Shown: positions 26,461 through 36,722, numbered from the stretch's first letter. The stretch: DNA of 44,480 nucleotides from Chthoniobacteraceae bacterium (GCA_031409655.1 JANNXQ010000248.1:1-44480); one strand, 5' to 3'. The notes: generated by a model not told the origin, from the letters alone. Translations and numbers: made by a program.

Positions 26461-27588
26461 ATGGCCGCTCCTTCCCAGCATTCCGCACCGCATCTGGCGA
26501 GGATCGATGTGCTGCGGGCGGGCGCCATTTTGCTGGTGCTCCTCCACCACTACTGGGTGGCGGTGCAGCAGTTGCCCGGGGATCGCTGGGTGGACGAAGG
26601 ATGGGCTCGGATGCTCTGGGCGCCGTGGGAGTTTGGCTATCTCGGGGTGAAGCTCTTCTTCGTCATCTCCGGGTTTTGCATTCATCTTTCGTTCCTCAGT
26701 TGGCGGCGGCAGCGGCCGGCGGGTGGGCCGTTTTGGAAGCCGTTCCTTGCGGAGTTTTTCTGGCGCCGTTTCTGGCGCATCTATCCGCCCTATCTCGGGG
26801 CGCTGCTGCTCTTTTATGTCCTCCAATATCCGCAGCCGTTCAGCTTCGCGGCGCTGCGCCACTTGGGCGTTCATGCCTTGCTGCTGAATAATCTCTCGCC
26901 CGCGTTTTTCCTGAACATCAATCCGTCCTTCTGGAGCATTGCGGTCGAGTGGCAGCTCTATCTCATCTATCCCCTCTTTCTGGGGCTCGCGCTGGCGACG
27001 CGGGTCGAGGTGGCTTTTGCGATCACGAGTCTGGTGGCGTTACTTTTTCAGTTCGTCGCCCCGCATTTCACCGCGAGCTACGTGGTGCTGCGGTCGCCGT
27101 TTGCGTACTGGTTTGAATGGGGTATCGGCGCGTTGATCGCGGAGTTTTTTGTGAATCGGCGGCGGCTCTTTCCGGCTTCGCCGGGGCTCGTGATGGCGCT
27201 GGGATTCGCAGCCGTCTGGGCGCACATCTTCACCAGTTCGAGCGCCGCGCAATATCTCCTGCCGACGCTTTTCTTTGCGCTGCTCATGGAGAGCGGGCTG
27301 CATGTGCAGAAGCCGCTCTTCCGCTTGGAGCGCTGGCTCGTTCCGCTGGGGCTGTGCAGTTACTCAGTCTATCTCTTTCACCAGCCCTACCTCGGCTGGG
27401 TGGTGAAAAGGACGGCGCCGTGGCAGGAGAGCGCGGGGGCGATTCCGGTGTGGCTTCTTTGGCCGCTGCTGGCGTTCGGTCCGCTGCTTCTCGGCTGCTG
27501 GCTCTACTATCGCTGGATCGAGCGGACGAGCATCACGACCGGGCGGCGGCTCTGGGATTCGCGCGGCACGGCGCGGCGCGCACTTTAG
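26461..27588 (+). CDS. acyltransferase family 3 (OafA/YrhL-like) membrane protein
   Basis: IDVLRAGAILLVLLHH, GVKLFFVISGF, RRFWRIYPPY, FWSIAVEWQLY, SYSVYLFHQP; start trimmed to ATG 26461. Confidence 0.92.
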   Translation: MAAPSQHSAPHLARIDVLRAGAILLVLLHHYWVAVQQLPGDRWVDEGWARMLWAPWEFGYLGVKLFFVISGFCIHLSFLSWRRQRPAGGPFWKPFLAEFFWRRFWRIYPPYLGALLLFYVLQYPQPFSFAALRHLGVHALLLNNLSPAFFLNINPSFWSIAVEWQLYLIYPLFLGLALATRVEVAFAITSLVALLFQFVAPHFTASYVVLRSPFAYWFEWGIGALIAEFFVNRRRLFPASPGLVMALGFAAVWAHIFTSSSAAQYLLPTLFFALLMESGLHVQKPLFRLERWLVPLGLCSYSVYLFHQPYLGWVVKRTAPWQESAGAIPVWLLWPLLAFGPLLLGCWLYYRWIERTSITTGRRLWDSRGTARRAL

Positions 27589-27620
27589 AAGAAAGCGCCA
27601 TCCATCCTGGCCACCTCCGA

Positions 27621-28790
27621 TTAGCGGAAGAACTCTTTCGCCTTTTCGAAGAAGCTTTTGTGCAGCGGGGAGTTGTCGTCGCCCATGAGAGCGGCGAATT
27701 CCTCGAGTTTTCGCCGCGCTTCAGCGTCCAGCTTCGTGGGAACTTCGACCATCACCCGGACCATGAGGTCGCCGCGCGCGCTGGAGTTCAGCACGGGCAT
27801 CCCTTTGTTGCGCAGTTTGAAGATGGTATTGCTCTGGGTGCCGGCGGGGATTTTTAAGTGCGCCTTGCCTTCGAGGGTCGGGACTTCGAGTTCGCCGCCG
27901 AGCGCGGCGGTGGTGAAGGCGACGGGCACTTCGCAGAAAAGATGACTGTCTTCGCGCTCGAAGATTTCGTGCTCCTTGATGTGGATGACGACGTAAAGAT
28001 CGCCGGGCGCTCCACCGCGGATGCCGGCCTCGCCATTGCGCACGCTGCGCAGGCGGGAGCCGTCTTCGATGCCAGCGGGGATCTTGAGCTTGATCCGCGA
28101 GGGGCTCTCGGTGCGGCCTTCGCCGTTGCACTGCACGCAGGGGCGCTCGATGACCTGCCCGGTGCCGCGGCAGCGCGGACACGTCTGCGAGACCTGGAAG
28201 AAGCCGCGCGAACTGACGACCTGGCCGCGACCGCCGCAGTCCCGACACGAGACGGCGCGGGAGCCGGATTCCGCACCCGAGCCGTTGCAGACAGGGCACC
28301 CCTCGAGCTTCTGGACTTCGATCTCCTTTTCACAACCGGCGGCCGCTTCCTCGAGGCGGATCTGCATGTCGTAGCGCAGATCGGAGCCGCGCTGCTTGCC
28401 ATCGCGATCAGGACGCTGCTGGCCGCCCCCGCCGAAGAACTGCTCGAAGATTCCCCCACCCGCACTATTCCCGCCACCGCCGGAGCCGAAGACCTCGCGG
28501 AAGATATCGAAGGGATCGTGGAAGCCACCGCCACCGCCGCCACGCGCCGCGGCACCACCTTGTGCGAAAGCCTGATGTCCGAAGCGATCGTAGGCGGCCC
28601 GCTTCTGTTCATCGAAGAGGACATCGTAGGCCTCGCCGAGTTCCTTGAATTTTTCTTCCGACGACTTGTCGCCGGGATTTTTGTCCGGATGAAATTTTAC
28701 CGCCAGTCGCCGATAGCTCTTCTTGATCTCGTCGCCATTGGCGGCGCGGGTGATTTCGAGGACTTCATAGTAGTCGCGTTTCGTGCTCAT
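27621..28790 (-). CDS. dnaJ: chaperone DnaJ
   Basis: DYYEVL, HPD motif, G/F-rich region, four CxxCxGxG repeats. Confidence 0.97.
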   Translation of the reverse strand: MSTKRDYYEVLEITRAANGDEIKKSYRRLAVKFHPDKNPGDKSSEEKFKELGEAYDVLFDEQKRAAYDRFGHQAFAQGGAAARGGGGGGFHDPFDIFREVFGSGGGGNSAGGGIFEQFFGGGGQQRPDRDGKQRGSDLRYDMQIRLEEAAAGCEKEIEVQKLEGCPVCNGSGAESGSRAVSCRDCGGRGQVVSSRGFFQVSQTCPRCRGTGQVIERPCVQCNGEGRTESPSRIKLKIPAGIEDGSRLRSVRNGEAGIRGGAPGDLYVVIHIKEHEIFEREDSHLFCEVPVAFTTAALGGELEVPTLEGKAHLKIPAGTQSNTIFKLRNKGMPVLNSSARGDLMVRVMVEVPTKLDAEARRKLEEFAALMGDDNSPLHKSFFEKAKEFFR

Positions 28791-28843
28791 GCGTGGGCTG
28801 GCAAAATGGGGAGCGGGCGGCGGGTCGGTGGTGCGGCGGCCAT

Positions 28844-29401
28844 CTAGGCCTGCTCGTTCCCCTTTGACACCGTGACCATCGCCGCGCGGAGCAGCCGGTC
28901 CTTGAGCTTGAAGCCCTTCCTGAGCTGGCGCACGACCATGCCTTCCGGCACCGTCGCACTGGCTTCCTGGGCCACGGCTTCATGCAGATTTGGGTCGAAC
29001 TTTTCGCCTTCTGCCTTCACCGGTTCCACGCCCTGCTGGGTGAGGAAATCGCTCAACTGTTTCGCCACCATCTCCATGCCCGTGAGGAGGGACGACGCGG
29101 AGGCATCGGTGCGCGCTGCGGAGAGGCCGAGTTCGAAGTTATCGACGATCGGGATGAGGCGTTCGAGCAGCGCGGCATTCGCGTAGCGGATGGCGTCGTC
29201 CTTGTCGCGCGCGGCCCGTTTGCGAAAATTTTCCAAGTCCGCCTGACTGCGCAACGCGAGATCCCGAAAGCGCTCGAGATCCGTCTGGAGCTGCTTCAGC
29301 AACGACTCCTCGGTCGCCTCCGGGATGGGGCTCTCCGCATTCTCCGGGGAGGCGGAAGGCAGCGGGGTGGTTGGCGTCTGTTCAGTGGTATCGGTGCTCA
29401 T
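28844..29401 (-). CDS. grpE: nucleotide exchange factor GrpE
   Basis: [39 protein letters not shown]. Confidence 0.96.
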   Translation of the reverse strand: MSTDTTEQTPTTPLPSASPENAESPIPEATEESLLKQLQTDLERFRDLALRSQADLENFRKRAARDKDDAIRYANAALLERLIPIVDNFELGLSAARTDASASSLLTGMEMVAKQLSDFLTQQGVEPVKAEGEKFDPNLHEAVAQEASATVPEGMVVRQLRKGFKLKDRLLRAAMVTVSKGNEQA

Positions 29402-30819
29402 TTCTTGCGGATGACTATCAAGGTTATGTCGTCGTGCTGCGGATGGCTGCCCACGAAGGCGCGAAGGTCGTCGGTCAGCTTGGCGATCATCTCCGCGGCG
29501 CCGTGCGGGGCGCTCGCCACGATGGATTTGATCACATTGGCCATACCGAATTCCTCGCCCTGACTATCGAGCGCTTCGGTCACGCCATCGGTGTAAAGGA
29601 TCAGGCAATCGTCGCTCTCAAGGGTCAGGGAAAAATCGGACGTGACTCTATTGAACACCCCCCCGCTGTCAATGCCCACGGCCATGCCCGGCGGGTTGAT
29701 CTTCGAGACCGTTTTGTTCCGTGCGCTGTAGAGCAGCGGCGCGTCGTGGCCGGCGCGGCAGAGCTTGATGGCCTCGGAATCGCGATCGATGATCGCGTAG
29801 GCCATGCTGATGAACATGTCCTCCTTGATGTCCGGGAAGAGCTGCTCATTCACCTTTTTCAAAGCGGTCGCCGGCGAGTGCTGGCCGATGGCCTGGATGC
29901 GCAGGACGCTCCGGCACATGGCCATGATGAGCGAGGCGGCGACCCCTTTGCCCGAGACATCGGCAATGGCGACACCCCAGCGGCCTTCGTCCACGCGGAT
30001 GTAGTCGTAGTAGTCGCCACTCACATGCCGGGCCGGGATGTTGATCCCGCTGATCTGGTAGCCCGAGACGTCGGGCGAATTCGTCGGCAGGAGGATGCGC
30101 TGGATCTCGTGGGCGTCCTGCAAGTCCCGGTCGATGCGTTTTTTCTCGGCGGCTTCGGAGAAGATGATCGCATTGTGCAGCGCGAAGGCGGCCTGCTCGG
30201 TGATCGCCTTGAAGATGCGCAGTTCGCTCGCGAGGAAAGGCGGTGATCCCGCAGCACGGGCCACAGCGAGGACACCGAGCTTCAGCTCACCGTGGACGAG
30301 CGGGCAGAGCATCGCCGTCTCGGGCCGGAGCGGTGCGACGCGCGACGCCGCGAGCGCCGGATCATCGGAGTGCAGGAGCACGGCTCCCTGTTTCCGCCAG
30401 ACTTCGCCGAGCACCCCCTCGGTCGCGGCGACCACCCGGCGGCGCAGGTAGCTCTGCCAGATGAAGCCAGACTCCGCCCGCACCGCTTCCGCCACTTCGA
30501 AGAATGGCGGGCAACTCCGCGAGACGAATTTCGGCACGAGCTTCGCCCCCGTTTTGTCCGCCAGATAAAGGGCGCCGCCATGCGCCTCGAGGACCCGCAG
30601 CGCGCCCTCGACGATGAGCACTTCGAGATTTCCCGGTCCACTCGTCTCGGTGAGCGCCGTGCCGAGCCCGTGCAGAAAATCGAACACGCGATTCTCCTCG
30701 AGTTCGATCTTATCCCGCGCCTTGGCCAGCGCCTCGATCTGCCGGCGCTGGCGCCGATACACGACGAAGAAGGCCGCCGAGGTCGCGGCAAACAGGCCGA
30801 AAAAAACAGTGGCCCACAT
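29398..30819 (-). CDS. membrane-anchored GAF + SpoIIE/RsbU PP2C phosphatase
   Basis: N-terminal TM; GAF-like region; AHEIQRILLP, VSGDYYD, IADVSGKG, LYTDGVTEA, DDIT. Confidence 0.92.
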   Translation of the reverse strand: MWATVFFGLFAATSAAFFVVYRRQRRQIEALAKARDKIELEENRVFDFLHGLGTALTETSGPGNLEVLIVEGALRVLEAHGGALYLADKTGAKLVPKFVSRSCPPFFEVAEAVRAESGFIWQSYLRRRVVAATEGVLGEVWRKQGAVLLHSDDPALAASRVAPLRPETAMLCPLVHGELKLGVLAVARAAGSPPFLASELRIFKAITEQAAFALHNAIIFSEAAEKKRIDRDLQDAHEIQRILLPTNSPDVSGYQISGINIPARHVSGDYYDYIRVDEGRWGVAIADVSGKGVAASLIMAMCRSVLRIQAIGQHSPATALKKVNEQLFPDIKEDMFISMAYAIIDRDSEAIKLCRAGHDAPLLYSARNKTVSKINPPGMAVGIDSGGVFNRVTSDFSLTLESDDCLILYTDGVTEALDSQGEEFGMANVIKSIVASAPHGAAEMIAKLTDDLRAFVGSHPQHDDITLIVIRKK

Positions 30820-30824
30820 CCGGG

Positions 30825-31334
30825 TCAGAGACCGTCTCGCAGATCGTGCTTCAGATACTCGAGCACGTCCTTGAATTTCGCGGCGTTCTCCGGATTCGCC
30901 TCCACCACCGCCTCATGCGCTTCGAGCATCGTCTGAGCCTGCGTGAGCTTGTCCACCGGATTGCTGGGGAGCACTTCGATGACTGCGGGCGGTGCGCACG
31001 GACCCGTCTCGCCATGGCGGCAGAGCGAGAAGAGCTGATCGAGCCCGAGATTGGTCAGGAGATCGTAGTTGCGCTCATTGAGCTGCACGGCGCGCAATTC
31101 GCCCGAGCCGAGTTCCTTCAGGCGCAGGGCGATCCCGGCGAGTGTGCCCATGAAGGTGGAATCGACCAGCGGACAACTCTTCATATCAATGACGAACTCG
31201 CGGTAGCCGCGGTTGATCATCTCCTTGGCAAACTCCTTCAGCCCGGTGCTGTTCAGGAACGTGCCTTTGCCGACGACGCGCACTTGCACCGTCTTGCCGG
31301 CGGTGCCGACGAGGATGGCAGGCGTGGTATTCAC
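30825..31334 (-). CDS. STAS domain anti-sigma-factor antagonist with C-terminal extension
   Basis: FVIDMKSCPLVDSTFMGTL (phospho-acceptor DS), LLTNLGLDQLF; start uncertain, GTG 31334 chosen. Confidence 0.85.
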   Translation of the reverse strand: MNTTPAILVGTAGKTVQVRVVGKGTFLNSTGLKEFAKEMINRGYREFVIDMKSCPLVDSTFMGTLAGIALRLKELGSGELRAVQLNERNYDLLTNLGLDQLFSLCRHGETGPCAPPAVIEVLPSNPVDKLTQAQTMLEAHEAVVEANPENAAKFKDVLEYLKHDLRDGL

Positions 31335-31432
31335 AGTGGAAGGGAAGCTACCACGCCTCGCGGACGACTGCATCCACACTGCCCCGAGACGCGGGGACGA
31401 CGCTACGATGATGACGAGACTTCATCGCTCGA

Positions 31433-31942
31433 TCAGTTCCAGAGGAACGATTGGGAAAGCGCGACGATCTTCCCTTTCTCGATGAGCAAAGCGCGCCAGG
31501 CGGTGATCCGCCCGTCTTCGCGATAGTCGTCGCCGACCACCTTGAAGTCCGAACTGATCGTGCCTTTCGCGCCCTCGTAGAAGAGCTCCTGAGCTTGCAC
31601 ATGCGCACCGAGATTGGATTGCCGATACTCCAGCCGGATCGTGAGATCCGCCGGGCGCGTGGAGCGCCACGCGAAGGTGAAGTAGTGGCCGTAGCGGAGT
31701 TGTCGGTCGAAGTTGGAAACTGCGCCGAAGTTTACCCGCTGGCGCTCGAAGGCGACCATCGGATCGATGGTCGGCTTCTGCGCGACGGGATCATTGAGGA
31801 AGGTCTTCGTCTTCCGGAATTGGAAGGCGTCGTCCAGAGCGAGCGGGAGCACATTGGCCTTGTCCAGTAACCGAGGCGGCTCACCGCAAAAGCCGGCTGT
31901 GGCCAAAGCCACCGACGCCAGCATCGAAATCAGTCGTTTCAT
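31433..31942 (-). CDS. hypothetical exported protein
   Basis: Start trimmed to MKRLISMLASVALATAG (signal peptide); beta-rich body ending SFLWN. Confidence 0.75.
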   Translation of the reverse strand: MKRLISMLASVALATAGFCGEPPRLLDKANVLPLALDDAFQFRKTKTFLNDPVAQKPTIDPMVAFERQRVNFGAVSNFDRQLRYGHYFTFAWRSTRPADLTIRLEYRQSNLGAHVQAQELFYEGAKGTISSDFKVVGDDYREDGRITAWRALLIEKGKIVALSQSFLWN

Positions 31943-32099
31943 TGAGCGAGAAAAGTAGGTGGCGTGACCGACGAGTGTCAATTCATTGAAACGATCCATA
32001 AAGTTCACACGCGTGAAGGATGTGCGGTCGTGATTTTGGAGGCGAACGATCCGGCCACGTCTCGACAAATGCAGCGTCCGGCTCCTACGTTCCCGTCCC

Positions 32100-32912
32100 T
32101 TGGAAACCCCGCGCACCCTCGCCCTCATCGCCGGAAACGGTGTCTATCCCTTTGCCCTCGCGCGCTCGGCACGGGCCGCCGGAGTAGCGCGCATTGTAGC
32201 CGCTGCCTTTACCGGCGAGACGGACCCGGCGCTGGCCACACTCGTCGAGGAGGTGGAATGGATGCGCGTCGGCCAACTCGGGAAGATGCTCGGCTTCCTG
32301 GAAAAATCCGGCGCCCGACACGCTGTGATGGCCGGACAGATTCATCCGAAAAATCTTTTCGATCTCCGCCCCGACTTCAAAGCGCTCTTCATGCTCGCCC
32401 GACTCCCGCGCCGCAATGCCGAGTCCATCTTCGGCGCCATCGCCGACGAGATGAAAGCCGTCGGCATCGAACTTCTCCCCGCAACCACCTACATGGAGGA
32501 GCATCTCGCCCCAGCCGGCCTCATCGCCGGCCCGCGCCTCAAGCAGCGGGTGGAAGACGACGTGCGCTACGGCTTCCAAATCGCCAAGGAATCCAGCCGC
32601 CTCGACATCGGCCAAACCGTGGTCGTGAAGAACGGGACCGTCCTCGCCGTGGAAGCCTTCGAAGGCACCAACGCGGCGATCAAGCGCGGTGGCGAACTCG
32701 GCCGCGGCAACGCCGTGATGGTGAAAGTCTCCAAGCCAAATCAGGACTTCCGCTTCGACGTGCCGGTGATCGGCCCCCTGACCCTCGAAGCCACCCACGC
32801 CGCGGGGATCCGCGCCATCGGCGTCGAGGCCGGAAAGACCTTGCTCCTGGAGCGCGAAAAAATGTCCGAACTCGCCACCTGCCATCACATCTCGATCATC
32901 GGCGTAGCATGA
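32100..32912 (+). CDS. lpxI: UDP-2,3-diacylglucosamine diphosphatase LpxI
   Basis: LALIAGNGVYP, DIGQTVVV, AVEAFEGT, KPNQDFRFDVPVIG; TTG start uncertain. Confidence 0.92.
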   Translation: METPRTLALIAGNGVYPFALARSARAAGVARIVAAAFTGETDPALATLVEEVEWMRVGQLGKMLGFLEKSGARHAVMAGQIHPKNLFDLRPDFKALFMLARLPRRNAESIFGAIADEMKAVGIELLPATTYMEEHLAPAGLIAGPRLKQRVEDDVRYGFQIAKESSRLDIGQTVVVKNGTVLAVEAFEGTNAAIKRGGELGRGNAVMVKVSKPNQDFRFDVPVIGPLTLEATHAAGIRAIGVEAGKTLLLEREKMSELATCHHISIIGVA

Positions 32913-33937
32913 ACTCACCATCGACATCAGCCTCGTCCGAACTCCTTCGCGTCGGCGTCGTAGGCGCGGGAAATATGGGCCGCAATCACGCCCGGCTATT
33001 CAGCGAACTTCCGGGCGCAAAGTTCACCGCCGTCTTCGACGAGCGCCGCGAAGTCGCCGCCGAGATCGCCGGCAAGTACGGAGCCCGCGCCGTGTCCGAT
33101 CTCAGCGACTTTGCCGACGCCGTGGACGCCGCGACGATCGCCACGCCGACGGTCACCCATTTCTCCATCGCGAAGCTGCTCCTCGAGCGCGGCAAACATG
33201 TCCTCGTCGAGAAACCCTTCACCGAGACACCCGAGCAGGCGCACGAGCTTTGCGAGATCGCGCAGAGCCGCGGACTCGTGCTTCAGGTTGGCCACATCGA
33301 GCGTTTTAATCCCGTCCTCTCCGCCCTCGAATCGCGCCTCACCCGTCCGCGCTTTATCGAGGCCACACGCCTTTCGCCCTACCCCGGCCGCAGTCTGGAT
33401 GTGGGCGTGGTGCTCGACGTGATGATCCACGATCTCGAGATCATCCTCCATCTCGTCCGCTCGCCGTGGGTGCAGGTGGATGCAGTAGGCGTGAAGGTGC
33501 TGAGCAAACGCGAGGACATCGCCAATGTCCGCATCCGCTTTGAAAACGGCTGCGTGGCCAACATCACCGCGAGCCGCATCAGTCAGGACAAGCTGCGCAA
33601 GATCCGCGTCTTCCAACAGGACGCCTACCTCTCGCTCGACTACCAAAATCAATCTGGCTACCTGCTCCGCCTTGCCCGCGACGATGAGAAGGAAAGCTCC
33701 CTGCTCGGCAAGCTGCTCGGCGCGGCCACCGATTCCTCAATCGTCACCGAGTTTGCCGGCAAGCGCATCGTCCGCGAGCCCGTGCCCGTGGAGAAAGGCG
33801 AACCCTTGCGCGGCGAACTCGCGGACTTCGTCGCCTGCGCCCGCGGCGGAGCGCAGCCCAAGGTCGGGGGCCGCGAGGGCACCGCCGCGCTGGAACTCGC
33901 GCTCGAGATCACCCGGCGCATCGAGTCCGCGCCATGA
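32909..33937 (+). CDS. Gfo/Idh/MocA oxidoreductase (GnnA-like UDP-GlcNAc 3-dehydrogenase candidate)
   Basis: VGVVGAGNMG, VLVEKP, QVGHIERFNP, DVMIHD; start ATG 32909 with ATGA overlaps to lpxI and lpxB. Confidence 0.85.
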   Translation: MNSPSTSASSELLRVGVVGAGNMGRNHARLFSELPGAKFTAVFDERREVAAEIAGKYGARAVSDLSDFADAVDAATIATPTVTHFSIAKLLLERGKHVLVEKPFTETPEQAHELCEIAQSRGLVLQVGHIERFNPVLSALESRLTRPRFIEATRLSPYPGRSLDVGVVLDVMIHDLEIILHLVRSPWVQVDAVGVKVLSKREDIANVRIRFENGCVANITASRISQDKLRKIRVFQQDAYLSLDYQNQSGYLLRLARDDEKESSLLGKLLGAATDSSIVTEFAGKRIVREPVPVEKGEPLRGELADFVACARGGAQPKVGGREGTAALELALEITRRIESAP

Positions 33938-35088
33938 TGGCTGACGCTCCAGCGCTTTACCTCATCGCCGGTGAGGCCAGCGGCGACGCCCGCGGCGCGG
34001 AACTCATGCGCGCCCTGATCGCGCGGAACCCCGCCGTGAAATTCTTCGGGGCCGGCGGCCGCGAAATGCGCGAGATCGCCGGCGGTGATTTTTTTGATTG
34101 GGCGGATGAAGCCGTCGTCGGGCTCTGGGACGTGCTGAAAAAGTACGGATACTTTAAGGCGCAGTTCGATCGCCTGCTCGCCGACATTGCCCGCGTGCAA
34201 CCCGCCGCCCTCGTGCTCATCGACTATCCAGGCTTCAATCTGCGCTTCGCAAAACAGGTCCGGGCCACGCTCCCCGCGATCAAGATCATCTACTACATCA
34301 GCCCGCAGGTCTGGGCGTGGAATCGCGGACGCATCCCGAAGATGGCGCGCTTCCTGGATCTCATGCTCTGCATCTTCCCCTTTGAGAAACCGCTCTACGA
34401 AGCGAGCGGCCTGCGCACCATTTTCGTCGGCCATCCGATGTTGGATTCGCTGGCCGCAAAAAAGACGGGCGTCGCCCGCGATCCGGAACTCGTCGGCCTT
34501 TTCCCCGGCAGTCGCGAAAAGGAAGTGCGCAAACTTTTCCCCGTCATGGTGGCCGCCGCGCTGAAACTCCGCGAGGCGCGCAAGACCGTACACTTTGAAG
34601 CCAGCGCTGCATCCCACGTGCTCGCCGATCTCATGCTCGTCGAACTCGCCCGCCACGGATGCGATGAATCCTTCTGCGCCGTCAAAGTGCGCGAAGCCCA
34701 CACCCTCATGCAGCGCGCCGCCGCCGGGATGGTCTGCTCCGGCACGGCCACGCTTGAATCCGCCTACTTCGGCCTCCCCCTCGTGGTCCTCTACAAAGTG
34801 GTGTGGCTCACGTACGCCGTCGGCAAGCGGCTCGTGCAGGTGCCGTATCTCGGAATGCCCAATGTGCTCGCCGGTCGCGAGATCGCGCCCGAGTTCATCC
34901 AGGACGCCTGCGAACCCGGCGCCATCGCTGCCCAAATGCTGTGCCTGATCGAAGACCCCAACGCCCGCGCCACGCAGCAGCGCGAACTCGCCGCCGTCAT
35001 CGCCGGCCTCGGTGAAGGTGGCGCCGGCGCCCGCGCCGCGGATGCCGTCCTCGCCGCACTTTCCTCTACCGAATCTCTCCCATCCTAG
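33934..35088 (+). CDS. lpxB: lipid-A-disaccharide synthase
   Basis: AGEASGD, IDYPGFN, YYISPQVWAW, FVGHP, FPGSR, SGTATLE. Confidence 0.96.
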   Translation: MMADAPALYLIAGEASGDARGAELMRALIARNPAVKFFGAGGREMREIAGGDFFDWADEAVVGLWDVLKKYGYFKAQFDRLLADIARVQPAALVLIDYPGFNLRFAKQVRATLPAIKIIYYISPQVWAWNRGRIPKMARFLDLMLCIFPFEKPLYEASGLRTIFVGHPMLDSLAAKKTGVARDPELVGLFPGSREKEVRKLFPVMVAAALKLREARKTVHFEASAASHVLADLMLVELARHGCDESFCAVKVREAHTLMQRAAAGMVCSGTATLESAYFGLPLVVLYKVVWLTYAVGKRLVQVPYLGMPNVLAGREIAPEFIQDACEPGAIAAQMLCLIEDPNARATQQRELAAVIAGLGEGGAGARAADAVLAALSSTESLPS

Positions 35089-35096
35089 CTCCACAC

Positions 35097-36527
35097 TTGA
35101 TCGGCCGCCTGCTCCTCACCTTCATCGTCATCATCTTCGTCACGCGCAATCTGCCGTGGCACCTCGATGACTTCGATCAAGCGAAGCAGGCCTACACCAG
35201 CTACGAGATGGTCACCCAGGGCCACTGGTGGTTTCAGCACACCCCCACCGGCCGCATCGCCACCAAGCCACCACTCGCCGGCTGGATCAGCGCCACTTTG
35301 TTTTTCATGACGGGCGGACAAAGTTGGGATCTGGCCTGGCGCATCCCGCCGCTCCTCAGCGCGCTCGCGATCCTCGCACTGCTCTGGAAGTCGGGCCGGA
35401 AAATCGGCGGCGCATGGCTCGGCATCCTCGCCACCGCGGCGTTCGCCCTGAACCTCACTGCCCCTCGCCTTGCGACCTTGGTACGCACGGACATGATGCT
35501 CACGCTCTTCATCTTTTTCGCTGGCTGGCTAGTGTTTGAAAAGCTGCGCCGCGCGGAACCGTGGACGACGCGCGAACGTTGGTGGCTCTTCGCCGCCGTG
35601 CTGGCCTCGATGCTCACGAAAGGCCCCATCGCCTACGCCTTTCTCCTGCCAGGGCTTGTCGCTTATCTATGGATCGCCCGCCGTCGGCAGTGGACGACTC
35701 ACGCCTGGAGTGGCTGGTGGCCCTGGTTCGCGCCGCTCCTTTTCTTCGGTGCCTGGGCCGGCATCGGCATCTGGCAGAGCCAGGAATTTTACGACCAGGT
35801 GGTGCTCCGCGAATTCCTCGGGCGCTTCACGGTCGGAGAGAAGGCGGTCCACAACAATCAACCCGTCTATTTCTACCTTCCGCAACTGCTCCACAAATGG
35901 ATGCCGTGGAGCATCGGCCTCATCGCGCTCTGCGGCACGCGACGGGCGCGGGCCGCGCTCCGCGAAGAACCCGCCCTCCTCTGGCTGTGCTGCTGGGCGC
36001 TCGGCGGTTTGCTGCTCATGTCGCTCGTGCCGTCGAAACGCCCCGACCGCATCTTCCCCGTCATCCCCCCACTCTGCCTGCTCCTCGCCGCGCTCTACGA
36101 GCGCGCCGCCCGCACCGCACCGGAGCGCTGCCGAAAATACGCCGTTGCCGCCCTTGCCGTGGCCGTCCTCAGCGGCGGCGGTTACGCCATTCAGCAAACC
36201 ATCGACGGCTACCGCACGCGGCAAGGCGCCCTGGTGAAGTTTGGCCAAAGTGTGCGGACTCTCGCCGCAGCGCACCCCGATCGCCTCGCCGTGGTCAACG
36301 GCAAGGACGAGGGCATGGTGATGTACACGGGGGCCACGCGCTTCACCTCTGCCGACGACGCCGTCGATCTCTGGCAGGCTAAACGCATCGACTGGCTCGT
36401 CCTGGGCGACCGCGTTTTCAAGGAGCGCGCCGAAGCGTTGCAACCCTTCCACCGCGCCCTCGAACTGCCGAAGGTGCAGGAAAAGTTCAGCGGCTACATT
36501 CTCCTTCAGCGCGCGCCAAAAGATTGA
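35097..36527 (+). CDS. GT-C (ArnT/PMT-like) membrane glycosyltransferase
   Basis: DDFDQAKQA, KPPLAGW, RTDM, MLTKGP, HNNQPVYFY, SKRPDRIFP; many TM segments. Confidence 0.85.
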   Translation: MIGRLLLTFIVIIFVTRNLPWHLDDFDQAKQAYTSYEMVTQGHWWFQHTPTGRIATKPPLAGWISATLFFMTGGQSWDLAWRIPPLLSALAILALLWKSGRKIGGAWLGILATAAFALNLTAPRLATLVRTDMMLTLFIFFAGWLVFEKLRRAEPWTTRERWWLFAAVLASMLTKGPIAYAFLLPGLVAYLWIARRRQWTTHAWSGWWPWFAPLLFFGAWAGIGIWQSQEFYDQVVLREFLGRFTVGEKAVHNNQPVYFYLPQLLHKWMPWSIGLIALCGTRRARAALREEPALLWLCCWALGGLLLMSLVPSKRPDRIFPVIPPLCLLLAALYERAARTAPERCRKYAVAALAVAVLSGGGYAIQQTIDGYRTRQGALVKFGQSVRTLAAAHPDRLAVVNGKDEGMVMYTGATRFTSADDAVDLWQAKRIDWLVLGDRVFKERAEALQPFHRALELPKVQEKFSGYILLQRAPKD

Positions 36528-36601
36528 GGGGACAGTCGCCGCCGGAAGAAGGATCGCGGACAAGATTACTCCAACCTCGCCTGAGTTTGGGCCAACCCCA
36601 T

Positions 36602-36621
36602 GCGGGGGTCCCCGCCTTTTT
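36602..36621 (+). terminator. possible intrinsic terminator
   Basis: GCGGG-GGTC-CCCGC followed by CTTTTT, 75 bp after the GT-C stop; short stem. Confidence 0.35.
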
Positions 36622-36722
36622 GCTGAAAGGGGCCTCCCCACCGCCAGTCTTCATCGAAAATATGCGCGTGAGCTTTTTCAATAGACACCAGATTTTGTTT
36701 TGATATCCCCATTGCGCTCACT

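Noticed and set aside
31964..32908. Apparent 657-aa fusion upstream of the oxidoreductase
   Set aside because: Off-frame overlap with lpxI; the ATGA overlap at 32909 marks the true start
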